DNA from: Candidatus Krumholzibacteriia bacterium
GTDB lineage: Bacteria; Krumholzibacteriota; Krumholzibacteriia; JAJRXK01
Assembly: GCA_041484665.1 (NCBI GenBank)
Contig: JBGPIA010000001.1
Span: 320,001-384,000 of the forward strand
DNA length: 64,000 bases
Reading direction: 5' to 3'
Every line of letters begins with the position of its first letter. Position 1 is the first letter of the stretch. Below, in pieces: positions 40,206 to 50,393 of this stretch. The notes beneath the pieces were generated by a model. That model had not been told where the DNA came from. It did not search any database and worked only from the letters and a program-made list of their open reading frames with translations. The position numbers were made by a program, and so were the translations under genes.

Positions 40206-40970
40206 TCAGATCTCCAGGAGCGATAGCGCCGGGCCGCCGATCGCGTCCTCGCAGAGGAACGATTCCCCCATCGCCGCGCCGATGCGCTGCCCCATGGCCT
40301 GCCGACGCACGCGCAGGACATCGAGGATCGGCGCGCCATGGCGAGCGATGGCCATCTGCGACGCGTGGGCGCGGATCGCCGCCTCCAGCATCTCAGCCTG
40401 GGGCGTGACGTCCACGGTCCAGCTGGGGACCACGTCGTCGGCCAGCATGTAATAGTACACACGCCGCACGGCGTGGGCGCGCATGAGCGGGAAGAGCTTG
40501 GACAGCCGCGCCAGTTTGCAGGCGTCTCTCACGAGCAACCCGGCGGCCAGGTGGTCGACGTTGCTGCGTCCGTCGCGGTGGCTGGTGCGCGCGTGCGGAT
40601 AGGGGACGAACACCGTACGCGGGCGCAACTGCCGGATCAGCTCCACCACGCGATGGCGACTGGGCTGGTCATTGGCCAGCCCGCCGTCGGGGAAGTCGAG
40701 CCAGTGGAGATCGCAACGCAGGATGCGCGCCGCTGCGGCCGCCTCGCGCTCGCGCAGTTCGGGCGTACCGTGGGTGCCTAGCTCCCCGTGGGTGAGGCAG
40801 ACGATGGCAACCGTGCGGCCCGCGGCGGTCAGCGCCGCGACCGTGCCCCCCATGGCCATCTCCACATCGTCGGGGTGCGCGCTGAAGGCAACCGCGTCGT
40901 GCAGGAAGCCGTCAATGTCCGCGTTACCGGATCGTGCTGGGGCGCCAGAGTCTGCGGTCGTGCCCGTCAT
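40206..40970 (-). CDS. PIG-L family deacetylase (BshB1-like)
   Basis: AHPDDVE, LTHGELGT, R..EA..AA, DHLA and AHASQ motifs. Confidence 0.85.
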   Translation of the reverse strand: MTGTTADSGAPARSGNADIDGFLHDAVAFSAHPDDVEMAMGGTVAALTAAGRTVAIVCLTHGELGTHGTPELREREAAAAARILRCDLHWLDFPDGGLANDQPSRHRVVELIRQLRPRTVFVPYPHARTSHRDGRSNVDHLAAGLLVRDACKLARLSKLFPLMRAHAVRRVYYYMLADDVVPSWTVDVTPQAEMLEAAIRAHASQMAIARHGAPILDVLRVRRQAMGQRIGAAMGESFLCEDAIGGPALSLLEI

Positions 40971-41144
40971 GAGGCCAGCGTAGGGGCAGGGGCGTGGCCG
41001 CGCAAGCAGGGAGCCTCGCGTCGCGCCCGGACATCGACGCACGATAGCGCACCAAGGTCCGCCGCAGCACGCCGGCACGGTGCCCACCCGCCGCCCAGGC
41101 CGCGGGCGCGGCTCCAACGCGGGCACGGGCGAGCCCAGCGCGGC

Positions 41145-41633
41145 CTAGGCGAACAGGTCCAGCAGCGATCCGAGCAGCTGGTCGCCGCGCTTGAGCGTCC
41201 GCGCCATGAGCTCGAACGCGCTGGCCGCTTGTTGCACGTTCACCAACTCGGTCGCCAGGTCGACGTTGCTCCCCTGGGTCGGCGCAGCCGAGCCCGCCGG
41301 GCCGGCCGCGCCCGTGAATGAGCCCGCCGTGGCTGGATCGGTGGAGAGGTCCTGATCTGGGGCGGTCGAGGGGTCCCACGCGCCCGGCGCGGCGCCTGGC
41401 GCTGGCTGCGCACCCGGCGCAGCGCTCGCATCGTACCCCAAGAGCAGCGGTGGGCCGGGCGACAGATCGCGGGTCACCGACGCTTGGACGCCGCCGCCAG
41501 CGCCTTCGACGTTGGTCACGACGAAGCGCTTGTATCCGGGCGTCCTCGCGTTGGCGATGTTGTTCGCGGCGGCGCCGAGCGCCTTCTGTTGCGCCTGCAG
41601 GCCGCCGAGCAACGACGAGACGAAGTCGAGCAT
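41145..41633 (-). CDS. Short flagellar basal-body rod-like protein (Flg_bb_rod N-terminus plus Flg_bbr_C)
   Basis: GLQAQQKALGAAANNIANARTPGYK N-terminus and SNVDLATELVN C-terminus. ATG after GGGAGG. Confidence 0.8.
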   Translation of the reverse strand: MLDFVSSLLGGLQAQQKALGAAANNIANARTPGYKRFVVTNVEGAGGGVQASVTRDLSPGPPLLLGYDASAAPGAQPAPGAAPGAWDPSTAPDQDLSTDPATAGSFTGAAGPAGSAAPTQGSNVDLATELVNVQQAASAFELMARTLKRGDQLLGSLLDLFA

Positions 41634-41830
41634 GGGAGTCCCTCCCCCGTGGGAAACGGCCCTCCCCCCCTGGAAAGCGGCGGGAATCGCCGGAGCGCGC
41701 ACCACGAGGGTGCACGTCGCCGCATCCGTCCCGGTGATCGGCCGCCCTGTCCCGGACTTGAGCGAGATTTGGGCGCATTTACGTCGATGTGTCCGGCCCT
41801 GTGCCCGGGTTGCGCGAGCGTGGCGCCGCC

Positions 41831-42568
41831 TCAGCGCGCCTGCGCGAGACTGCCAAAGCCCTCCACGTCTTCGTGCACGTGCTGCGGGTCGCCGTGGTAA
41901 CGCACCTTGCTCATGCCGTTGACATGGGCGTCGAGCTCGCGCGCCACGTTCAGCTCGACCTCCCCGATGCCGCCAGCGTGGACACGTGCGCTCTGCGCCA
42001 CCAGGTCGCGCAGATCCATCTTCCCCACGCCGGCCAGCTGGACCTCTAGATCCTCCGCCTTGCCGGCGACCTCGATGTTGCCCACGCCGGCCAGCTGCAG
42101 GGTGAGCTGCCGCGCGTCCAATCCGCGGACGTCCACGTTCGAGACGCCCTGCACCTCGACGCGGGTCAACTCGGGCATGACGATCCTCAGATGGATCCCC
42201 TCCTCGGTATCGATACCATCCCAATCCCGCGTGTCGATGATCAGCGACCGTCCATCGACATGAGCATCCACGCGCTCGATCAGGTTGTCCTCTGCGCTCA
42301 GCTCGACCGTCATGTCCGTGCCCAGGGCCACGTCGATGTCGGCGACGCCCTTGACCACGATCGCGTCGAAGCCCTTCAGGTTCAGGGTACGGCTGACCAC
42401 GTTGCCGGAGCCCTTCAACTGGTGCCCATGGTGCCGGTGGGAATGCCGATTCCAGAATCCCGCCTGCGCGGGCGCCGCAAACGTGACGGCGGCCAGCGCA
42501 CCGAAGGCGGCCAGCCCCGCCAAGGTGGCTCTGAGAACGCCCCAGTGGGCGAGTGCGCGACAATGCAT
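41831..42568 (-). CDS. DUF2807 (head GIN domain) secreted protein
   Basis: Signal peptide, KGSGNVVSR..GFDAI...G, AEDNL, repeated L.GVG.I units and V.Y.GDP. Confidence 0.85.
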   Translation of the reverse strand: MHCRALAHWGVLRATLAGLAAFGALAAVTFAAPAQAGFWNRHSHRHHGHQLKGSGNVVSRTLNLKGFDAIVVKGVADIDVALGTDMTVELSAEDNLIERVDAHVDGRSLIIDTRDWDGIDTEEGIHLRIVMPELTRVEVQGVSNVDVRGLDARQLTLQLAGVGNIEVAGKAEDLEVQLAGVGKMDLRDLVAQSARVHAGGIGEVELNVARELDAHVNGMSKVRYHGDPQHVHEDVEGFGSLAQAR

Positions 42569-42733
42569 CTCGACATCCTCTCCTGCGCGCTGCGCGCGCG
42601 ACGTGGAGCGCCGTTTCGGGGGGGATGCGCTCCGTGGGGGTGCCGTTAGGACGCCCTTGCCCGGGGAAAGGTTGCCGTGAGCGGGTCGGCGAGGCTCGTG
42701 CCGTTCTCGCGCGGCGCGCTACGCGCGCCGCAC

Positions 42734-44857
42734 CTACTTCTGCAGCGCCTTCACTGCGCGCTCCGCCGCCTCGATCAGCGGCTGCGGTGAGAGCGAAGCC
42801 CCTACCGCCTGGCGCATCCAGAGGTCGGGGGTCAGGCGCCCCTGCCGGCACACCCGCTCGAACTCCTTCGCCAGGTCCCCGGTGCGGAAGTGCTCCTCGA
42901 GCTGGAAGGCGATCAGGTGGCCCAGTGGGTAGTTGGGCAGGTACAGCGGGTAGTCCAGCATGTGGGAGTAGATCGCCAGCAGCACCGAGTCCTTGACCCC
43001 GATCAGCGGCGCGAAGGTGCGATTCCAGACGTCCTGCGCGATGCCGACCGTGGCTTCCCGCAGCTGCGCTGGCGTGGCCGTGGGATGCTCGTACATCCAT
43101 TGCCAGACGCCGATGTCCACCAGCGCCACGGCCGCAATCTCGCAGGCGCCCCAGAACTCCTCCAGCGCGTGCAGGTGCTGCGCCAGCTCGTCGGGCGCGT
43201 CCAGACCCAAGAGCTGCAGGTCACGGCCCTGGAAGACGAAGGCGAGCGCCTCGGTGAACGCGCTGGCGGGGACGCCGGCCAGCAGAGTGTGGTCGATGGC
43301 GTTGAGCGAAAAGACCTGCTCCACGTTGTGGCCGAACTCGTGGACGGCGATGTTGTAGCCCTTGTAGTCCATTCCCTGCGGGCCCACGCGCGTGCGCAGG
43401 TGCGCCCGGTCGTCGCGCCGTGCCGCGGCCAGGGCGTGCCCCGCGCCGCGCGACGGGTCCACCACGACGTGCGAGGTGACGAGCTGCGCCTGCTCGTGGC
43501 CAAACCCCAGGTCGTGCAGCATGCGGGGCAGATCCTGCTCGAAGGTCGCCGGGGTGGGATAGCGCTGGCGGGTGGCCGCGTCGAGCTGGGCCTCGTCGTA
43601 GCGGGACCGTGGCTTGAAGCCAGCGTACCAGATGTCGAACGGCTCCAGCTTGCGCGAGAGCCGATGGCGGATCAGCTGCGCCACGTCCCGGGCGGCCGGG
43701 CCGGCGAACAGCTGCTCGAGCATCCGTATCACCTCGGCCTGAGGAATCTCCATGTCGTGCTCGAAGGTGCGAGCCACATGCGTGGGCAACAGCGGCGTGG
43801 CCCGGTCAACCTCCTGCATGGCGTGGAAGATCGACAGCAGCAGCGCGTAACGGGTGTCCGGCTCGCGGGCGTTGTCCGGCGCCGCGGCCGCAGCAGAGGG
43901 CGCCGGCGCCGCGCGCGGCGCGGCCGGCCCCGCGGACGAGCCCTGCGCGTCGTCTTCCGGCGACAGGCGCAGCTCACCGTTGGCCACCAGCCAGTCCAGC
44001 CGCGGATTGTCGATCACCGCCCCGGGAATGGTCTGGCGTACGATCGCCTCCATGACCTGTGCGATCATGCGCTGGCGGGGCAGCCCGTCCTTGTTGGCGT
44101 ACTGCGCCTTGAGCTCGTCGCGGAGATTCCAGTGGCTGATCAGGCGCAGGCCGGGCGGGAAGAGCCGCTCCCCTTTGGGCGTGAGCAGGTGGTGCATGTG
44201 GATGTTGTAGGCGGAGACGTACGCGTCGGCCCGGGCCACGGCCGAGCTCACTGCCTGCTGCGCCGCGGCGGGCACGCGCGTCGTGAAGCGCCCGGTCAGG
44301 CGCGCCTCCGCCCACTGGCGTCGCGTCCAGCCCGGCCCCTCCTGCAGGCGCTGCGCCAGCGTCGTCACCGGAAAGTTCAACAGCGCCACGATAGCGATCT
44401 TGCTGGCGAAGAGGTCGTCGTTGAGGTGGGCCGTGGGGTCGTAGGCGGCCAGCAGCCGGTCCACCGGCAGGATCGGCCCGGTCTCGACGTCCATGTGCCA
44501 GTGCAGGTCGCGCCCCAACGACGTGAAGGATCCGTCCATGCACTCCATGGCGCGCTCAAGATGAGCGAACGTGGAGTCGATCTGGGCAGCGTCCACTTGC
44601 AGGTGCTCGGCGGCGAAGGCGACGAACTCGGGGGTGCTGCCGTCTGCGGGGCGCCACTGCGCGGCGGCCTGCTCCACGCCGCGGCGGATGCGCGTCTCGT
44701 GCTGTGCGCCGTGCTGCGCCACGAGCTTGCCGACCGTCTCCTTCACCGCGGCGGACGCCTCGAACTCGGCCGCGGGAGCCGCGGCTGGCGAGGCGCCGGC
44801 GGACAGACTGCACAGCAGGAAGGCCACGGCGAGCGCGGTCAGGTGGTGGTGGATCAT
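42734..44857 (-). CDS. Secreted gluzincin-like (HEFGH..E) hypothetical protein
   Basis: Signal peptide, NIAVHEFGHNVEQ, AFTEALAF and Y..NY.LGH arrangement typical of M2/M3/M32-like peptidases. Confidence 0.7.
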   Translation of the reverse strand: MIHHHLTALAVAFLLCSLSAGASPAAAPAAEFEASAAVKETVGKLVAQHGAQHETRIRRGVEQAAAQWRPADGSTPEFVAFAAEHLQVDAAQIDSTFAHLERAMECMDGSFTSLGRDLHWHMDVETGPILPVDRLLAAYDPTAHLNDDLFASKIAIVALLNFPVTTLAQRLQEGPGWTRRQWAEARLTGRFTTRVPAAAQQAVSSAVARADAYVSAYNIHMHHLLTPKGERLFPPGLRLISHWNLRDELKAQYANKDGLPRQRMIAQVMEAIVRQTIPGAVIDNPRLDWLVANGELRLSPEDDAQGSSAGPAAPRAAPAPSAAAAAPDNAREPDTRYALLLSIFHAMQEVDRATPLLPTHVARTFEHDMEIPQAEVIRMLEQLFAGPAARDVAQLIRHRLSRKLEPFDIWYAGFKPRSRYDEAQLDAATRQRYPTPATFEQDLPRMLHDLGFGHEQAQLVTSHVVVDPSRGAGHALAAARRDDRAHLRTRVGPQGMDYKGYNIAVHEFGHNVEQVFSLNAIDHTLLAGVPASAFTEALAFVFQGRDLQLLGLDAPDELAQHLHALEEFWGACEIAAVALVDIGVWQWMYEHPTATPAQLREATVGIAQDVWNRTFAPLIGVKDSVLLAIYSHMLDYPLYLPNYPLGHLIAFQLEEHFRTGDLAKEFERVCRQGRLTPDLWMRQAVGASLSPQPLIEAAERAVKALQK

Positions 44858-45033
44858 GACGAACCCCCTCGGGCCGGGCACCGGGCACGCTGCGAGCGAA
44901 CCGGCGCGCAGTATACCCTTCCCGCCTCTGCGCGCCAACGCCCGGTCCGGCGCCCTTGACCGCTCGCGGCGCCCCCTCCTAGGATCGCCGCTCGCTGGCC
45001 GTGTTCCCTTCCCACACACCCTGCGTGCGCGCG

Positions 45034-46467
45034 GTGAAGACCCGTCACAAGATCACCATCGACCGCTGGTTCGGCCTGCCATTGGTCTGGTCGCTGAATC
45101 TGCTGGCGCGCGCGCTGGGCGTGCTGTTGCGCCGCGACCACTCGGTCCACCCCCAGACGACGCGTACGATCGTGGTGGCGAAGTTCTTCGGCATGGGGAG
45201 CATCCTGCAGGCGACGCCGCTGCTGGGCGCCCTCAAGCGTCACTTCCCGCAGGCGCGGCTCGTCTTCGTGACGGCGCGGGGCAATCGCCCGCTGCTGGAG
45301 CGCCTCCCCGGGATCGACGCCTGTCTGTACGTGGACGATGCAAGCTTGCTGGCGCTGGCCACGACCACGGCCACAACGGTCGTGCGCCTGTGGCACCTGC
45401 GCGCCGACCTCTACTTCGACCTCGAGGTGTACTCCGCGTACGCCGCCCTGTTGTCTATTCTGAGCGTGGCCCGCAACCGGGTCGGCTTCTACCGGTACTC
45501 CACGGCATTCAAGCGCGGCCTCTGCACCCACCTGGTCTTCTTCAACGCCCGCCAGCCGATCCGGCGCATCTATCTGCAGCTCGGCCGGGCCGCCGGAGTG
45601 CCGCCCCCACCGCAGGACGAACTGGCCCCGCCGCGGGTGGATGAGGCGGACCGCGCGGGGCTCGTCGGAAAGCTGGCCGCCCTGGCGGGCACGGAGCGGG
45701 CGGCCGGGCCCGCATGGGAGCGCGGGAACGGCTACCTCGTGATCAATCCCAATGCCTCGGACCTGCTGCTGGAGCGCCGGTGGCCCCTGGCCGGGTTCGC
45801 GGACACGATCGAGGCGCTGGCCGAGGGCGAGGTGCGCATCGTGCTCATCGGATCGCGCGACGAGGCCGCGCACGTCGCGGCGCTGCGCGAGCGACTCTCC
45901 CCCACCGTGCGGCGGACCGTCGTCGATACCAGCGGACTGCTGACGCTGGGCGAGTTGCTGGCGCTCCTGCAGGAAGCGCGCTGCCTGTTGACCAACGACA
46001 CGGGCCCCATGCACATGTCGATCGCCTTGGGGCGCCCCACCGTCTGCCTGTTCGGGCCGTGCAGCCCCGACCACTACGGCATCGACCGTCCGGGAAACGA
46101 GATCCTCTACCGGCCCGTCTTCTGCAGTCCGTGCGTGCACGAGGTTGAGCGACCGCCCTGTGGCGGCAACAACGTCTGCATGCAGCTGATCGAGCCGGGC
46201 GAGGTGGTGCGGGCCGTCCGGCGCGCTCTCGCGCACGACGCCTCCCAGCGCGGCCACGCCCGGCACTCGCGCAGCGAGCCACCGCCGGAGGCGGGCCCGC
46301 CTTCGCGGGCCATGACCGCGGCAGCCCCCGGCGGCAGCAGCCCGGCTGCCGCCCGACCGGCCGCAAGCCACGCCGCGGCGGCGGCGGACCGCGCTGCGGT
46401 CGTGCTTGATGACGCGAACGGGCAGCCCCTGGGCGTCGTGGCGCGCTCCCGGTCGTCGACCCGATGA
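45034..46467 (+). CDS. Glycosyltransferase family 9 (ADP-heptose:LPS heptosyltransferase-like)
   Basis: GMGSILQATPLL.ALK..FP, RRWP, LIGS, TNDTGPMH..ALGRPTVCLFGP and CSPC..C..C tail. Confidence 0.88.
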   Translation: MKTRHKITIDRWFGLPLVWSLNLLARALGVLLRRDHSVHPQTTRTIVVAKFFGMGSILQATPLLGALKRHFPQARLVFVTARGNRPLLERLPGIDACLYVDDASLLALATTTATTVVRLWHLRADLYFDLEVYSAYAALLSILSVARNRVGFYRYSTAFKRGLCTHLVFFNARQPIRRIYLQLGRAAGVPPPPQDELAPPRVDEADRAGLVGKLAALAGTERAAGPAWERGNGYLVINPNASDLLLERRWPLAGFADTIEALAEGEVRIVLIGSRDEAAHVAALRERLSPTVRRTVVDTSGLLTLGELLALLQEARCLLTNDTGPMHMSIALGRPTVCLFGPCSPDHYGIDRPGNEILYRPVFCSPCVHEVERPPCGGNNVCMQLIEPGEVVRAVRRALAHDASQRGHARHSRSEPPPEAGPPSRAMTAAAPGGSSPAAARPAASHAAAAADRAAVVLDDANGQPLGVVARSRSSTR

Positions 46468-47336
46468 GCGTCCATCCCTGCGAGATCTGCGGCGAGCGCT
46501 CGTTCGTGACGATGTTCCAGCGGGACGGGCATGGCTTTGTCCGCTGCCGGAACTGCCAGCTGGAGCGGATCGATCCCCAGCCCACCGACGCGGAGCTGGG
46601 CGCGATCTACGGCCAGCGATACTACGACGCGTGGGGGCTTGCCGAGGACGCCGGCGCGGTCGGCCGCCTCAAGCGCGCGACGTTCGCGCGGGGCTTGAAG
46701 CTCCTGCGCGGGCTCCCGCCCGGCGCCCGGGTGCTGGACTGCGGAGCGGCGACCGGGCTGCTGATGGAGGCCGCGGCCGAGTCCGGCCTCGAGCCCTACG
46801 GCGTCGAGCTCTCCGGGTTCGGCGCAGGAAAGATCGCTTGCCGATTTGGCGCGCACCACGTGTTCGAAGGCGAGCTATCGCACGCGGCCTTCCCCGACCT
46901 TGGCCCGCGGCCATTCGCGGCGGTTACGATGTATGATTTCCTTGAGCACGTGCGCGATCCGCGCGCGACTCTCGTCGCGGCGCACGCCCTGCTGGCGGAT
47001 GGAGGAGCTCTGCTGATCTGCACGCCGCGCACCGGGTCGTTATCGTACCGGCTGATGGGCCGGTCCTGGACCCATTACAAGACGGAGCATCTGTACTATT
47101 TCAACGTGCGCAACCTTACCGCTCTGCTCACTCAATGTGGATTCGCGGTGCGCGGCCGCCACGCCGCCTGGAAGGCGGTGAGCTTGCAGTACCTCGCGCA
47201 CCAGTACGAGGTCTATCCCAACTCGCTCCTATCACGGCTGCTGCACGGGATCATGCCGGTCGTGCCCGCCGCGCTGCAGAGGCGGCCGTTGCCCGCGCTG
47301 CTGGGGGAGATGCTTCTCCATGCGCAGAGCACCTGA
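46464..47336 (+). CDS. Class I SAM-dependent methyltransferase with N-terminal CxxC..CxxC
   Basis: CEICG..CRNC, VLDCGAATG, GVELS, FLEHVRDP and EHLYYF. Start overlaps the GT9 stop. Confidence 0.88.
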   Translation: MSVHPCEICGERSFVTMFQRDGHGFVRCRNCQLERIDPQPTDAELGAIYGQRYYDAWGLAEDAGAVGRLKRATFARGLKLLRGLPPGARVLDCGAATGLLMEAAAESGLEPYGVELSGFGAGKIACRFGAHHVFEGELSHAAFPDLGPRPFAAVTMYDFLEHVRDPRATLVAAHALLADGGALLICTPRTGSLSYRLMGRSWTHYKTEHLYYFNVRNLTALLTQCGFAVRGRHAAWKAVSLQYLAHQYEVYPNSLLSRLLHGIMPVVPAALQRRPLPALLGEMLLHAQST

Positions 47337-48684
47337 GGCGCCGCTCGCGCACAACCCGGCGGGAGCAGCGAGGCCGCCGGGCGCGGTGACGTTCGCCCGC
47401 GGCGCTTCGACGGGGCGCTGGGGGATCGCCGTCGCAGGCGCGGTGGTGCTTGCCATGGGAGCTCACCAGGTTTGGTACGCTCACGGGCTCGGGGGCGGAC
47501 TCTCGCGCGTGGCCGATCCCTATTCCGAAGCCGACGCCATCCGCTCCGGCGAGGGCTACGCCGCACGTGGCTTCGCCGTGGACAGTGGCTTGCCCGACCT
47601 GCTGTATGGCGGCCGTTACCCCGAGGCAGGCACGATGTCCGAGCCCGCGCTCAAGGGTTTCGCGCGCCGCATCTATACCCACTACCCACCCGGACCGAAC
47701 TGGATCGTGGGACTGATGACGGTGATGTGCGGTGCAGGCGCGACCGGTTGCTACCGCGCCCTCCCGATCGCGTGTGGCGTGCTGGCCATGGCATTCCTCG
47801 CGTGGTCATTACTGAGCACCTTGGGGGGCGCACGTGGCGGCGCCGCGCTGGTGCTGCTGGCCTGCGCGCGGATGTCGTACAACATGATGCACGGGCTCCA
47901 CTACCAAGGGTATGCGCTCTCGCTGCTGCTGGTGCAGGTGGGGCTCAGCCTGCGCATCTTGCGCCTGCCGGGTAGACTGCGCTGGGCGCGGGCCGTCGCA
48001 TTGGCGCTGCTGGGCTTCGCACAGGGCTGGCTGTCGTTCGACTACGTCTTCCTCGTCTCCCTGGCGGCCCTGCCCCTGTGGCTCTTGCAGCCCAAGCCAA
48101 GCGGCCGGTCTGCGCGCTGGCAGCTGGCCGCCCTCACCTGCCTGCCGGCGGCGGGGTTTGCGCTGGCCTGCCTGCTCCACTTCGCGCAGGTGGCCCACTT
48201 CCTCGGCGGGACCCCAGCCGCATTGCGCGACTTCCGGGTGGTGGCGAGCTGGCGTCTTGCCGGCGCGGACCCATCCGGCGGCGCACCCGGCGGCGTTTGG
48301 GGACGATGGGAAATCCTCCGCGCGTATGTGTTCGAGCATCTGCCGCGGAGCGGCAATCTGGGCAAGTCCGCCTACCTGCTCGCGCTCATCGCGTTGCTCG
48401 CGCTGGTGGTCCCGCGGGCGCGGGTCACGGTGGGCGCGCGGCGGCGGTGGGTGGTGACCTGGCAGCCGGCGATCCGGAGGGCGCGGCGAGCGCTGGTGTT
48501 GCTCGCAGCACTGGCGGCGTCGGCGACGTGGATCCTGATCATGCGCAATCACGCCTACTACCACCCCCACTTCCTGCCCCGGCACTTCCTGCTGTTGTAT
48601 TTCGTTGCGGAGCTCCTGCTGCTGGATGGCCTGACGATCGAGCGCGCCGCGGGGCGCGCGCGTCCCCGCTCCGGCCAGCCATGA
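47320..48684 (+). CDS. Polytopic membrane protein, probable GT-C-fold glycosyltransferase
   Basis: DPYSEAD loop after TM1, YTHYPPGP, many TM helices, located in the glycosylation operon. Confidence 0.6.
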   Translation: MRRAPEAPLAHNPAGAARPPGAVTFARGASTGRWGIAVAGAVVLAMGAHQVWYAHGLGGGLSRVADPYSEADAIRSGEGYAARGFAVDSGLPDLLYGGRYPEAGTMSEPALKGFARRIYTHYPPGPNWIVGLMTVMCGAGATGCYRALPIACGVLAMAFLAWSLLSTLGGARGGAALVLLACARMSYNMMHGLHYQGYALSLLLVQVGLSLRILRLPGRLRWARAVALALLGFAQGWLSFDYVFLVSLAALPLWLLQPKPSGRSARWQLAALTCLPAAGFALACLLHFAQVAHFLGGTPAALRDFRVVASWRLAGADPSGGAPGGVWGRWEILRAYVFEHLPRSGNLGKSAYLLALIALLALVVPRARVTVGARRRWVVTWQPAIRRARRALVLLAALAASATWILIMRNHAYYHPHFLPRHFLLLYFVAELLLLDGLTIERAAGRARPRSGQP

Positions 48685-50297
48685 ACGAGGCAGCGGGCGG
48701 CAGCGCGGGCAAGCGAGCGCGCAGGCGGATCCCCACGTCGGTGCCGATCGCGCTGGCGGTGGCGTCGCTGGCGCTGCACGGCGCGTGGTCGCTGACTCGT
48801 CACCGCCAGTTCACCAACGATTCGATGAACTACGTCGACGTGGCCCGCAACATCGCCGCCGGCCACGGCATCATGCAATCCACGATCGGCTTCAACGTGC
48901 CGACCTGTCCCGCGGGGCCGTCGACCGAGCAACCGCTGACAGCCCAGGCGCCGCTCTACCCGATCCTGATCGCCGCGGGCCATCGCAGTGGACTGGCGGA
49001 GACCGACGCGGCCCTTGCGATCCCGTTGCTGGCGTACGGAGTCATCCTGCTGGCCGCATTCGGCGTCATGCGCACACTCTACGGGGACGCGCCGGCGTGG
49101 CTGGCCACGGCGCTCCTGCTGGCATCCTACCCGCTGCGGCAGGTCAGCGCCGCAGCATGGACCGAGGCACCGGCGATCGCGCTGGCGCTGCTGAGCATCG
49201 CGGCAGGCCTGCGTGCCCGCGGGTCGGCCCCCGGCGAGGCCGCTCGCGGCGCCGCCTCGGCGTTGCTGTCCGGTCTGCTCGGAGGCCTCGCCTTTGCGAC
49301 CCGCTATGCCTTTCTGCTGGCCCCGGCGCTCACGACCGTGCTGGTGGCGCTGCGACGGCCGTGGCGCGTGGGCATGCGCGACGGCCTCTTCCACGTCGCG
49401 GGATCCCTGCTCGCGGCCGCTGCGGTGCTCTCGCGAAACGTCGCGCTGGTGGGTGCCCCGCTGGGGCCGCGGTTCCAGCCTGAGCCGGGGCTGGCCCGCC
49501 GCAACCTGGCAAAGGTCTGGGAATATGCCCTGGGCGAGCACCTCTCGTCGCGCAGCGAGCTGCAGCAATGGGTGGTGCTGCTGAGCGCGGCGGGCCTGTT
49601 GCTGTGGGGAGTCTACCGCCAGCGCCGGGGCTGGCTGGGCGCCGCGCGGATGCTGCTGTCACAGGGACGCTTCGTCCTTCCGCTGTGGGCGTGCGTGTAC
49701 CCGGTGCTCGCCGGGTTGGTGCTGTGGATGAGCGTGGACTCACGCCTGCTCGCGCCCGCGACGGTGTTCGTGGAGTTGACCTGGGCCGGGTTGTTCTGCG
49801 CCGTCGTCCGGCCGCGGCCGGGCGCGATGGCGTCGCTGGTTGCCGTCGCGGCGCTGGCGCACGGAGCGCTCTGCGCGCGGGAGTTCGTGCGCACGGCACC
49901 CGCGAACGAAACGCTCACCGTACGCAGCACCCCGCGCCTGGAATGGCTGCGGACGCACACGACGGCCACCGACTACATCATCGGCGACGACACGGTGTAC
50001 GTTCCCTTCTACTTCCGCAGGCCGGCCGCGTCGTTCTCGCCGTACCCATTTACGCGACGCCCGACCTACGAGGGACTGATGGGCGTGGCGCAGGATCACT
50101 GTGTCCAGTTCGAGCGCGTGCTGCTGGTGCTGCGCAAGCTGCCGTTGCGCGACAACGAGTGGCGCAGCCTGTTCGGACCCTTTGTCGCCGATCTGGCCGT
50201 CGGCAGCTTCGAGGCGTATCCCGCCCTGGAGCCCCTGGCCAACCTGCCCGATGCCTGGGTGTTCCGGATGCGCTGCGCTGCGCGGCCGAGCGGTTGA
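48681..50297 (+). CDS. ArnT/GT39-like (GT-C) membrane glycosyltransferase
   Basis: DSMNYVDVARNI, PLYPILIA, WTE and GLAFATRY motifs. ATGA overlap with the upstream stop. Confidence 0.75.
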   Translation: MNEAAGGSAGKRARRRIPTSVPIALAVASLALHGAWSLTRHRQFTNDSMNYVDVARNIAAGHGIMQSTIGFNVPTCPAGPSTEQPLTAQAPLYPILIAAGHRSGLAETDAALAIPLLAYGVILLAAFGVMRTLYGDAPAWLATALLLASYPLRQVSAAAWTEAPAIALALLSIAAGLRARGSAPGEAARGAASALLSGLLGGLAFATRYAFLLAPALTTVLVALRRPWRVGMRDGLFHVAGSLLAAAAVLSRNVALVGAPLGPRFQPEPGLARRNLAKVWEYALGEHLSSRSELQQWVVLLSAAGLLLWGVYRQRRGWLGAARMLLSQGRFVLPLWACVYPVLAGLVLWMSVDSRLLAPATVFVELTWAGLFCAVVRPRPGAMASLVAVAALAHGALCAREFVRTAPANETLTVRSTPRLEWLRTHTTATDYIIGDDTVYVPFYFRRPAASFSPYPFTRRPTYEGLMGVAQDHCVQFERVLLVLRKLPLRDNEWRSLFGPFVADLAVGSFEAYPALEPLANLPDAWVFRMRCAARPSG

Positions 50298-50393
50298 CCC
50301 TGCCCTTGGTAGCAGCTACCCTGCTGCTTCCGATCCGCGCCGCGCGGGCGAAGCTCGCGCCGAGCGCGGGCCCGCTCCCCCCGACCCCAGGCG

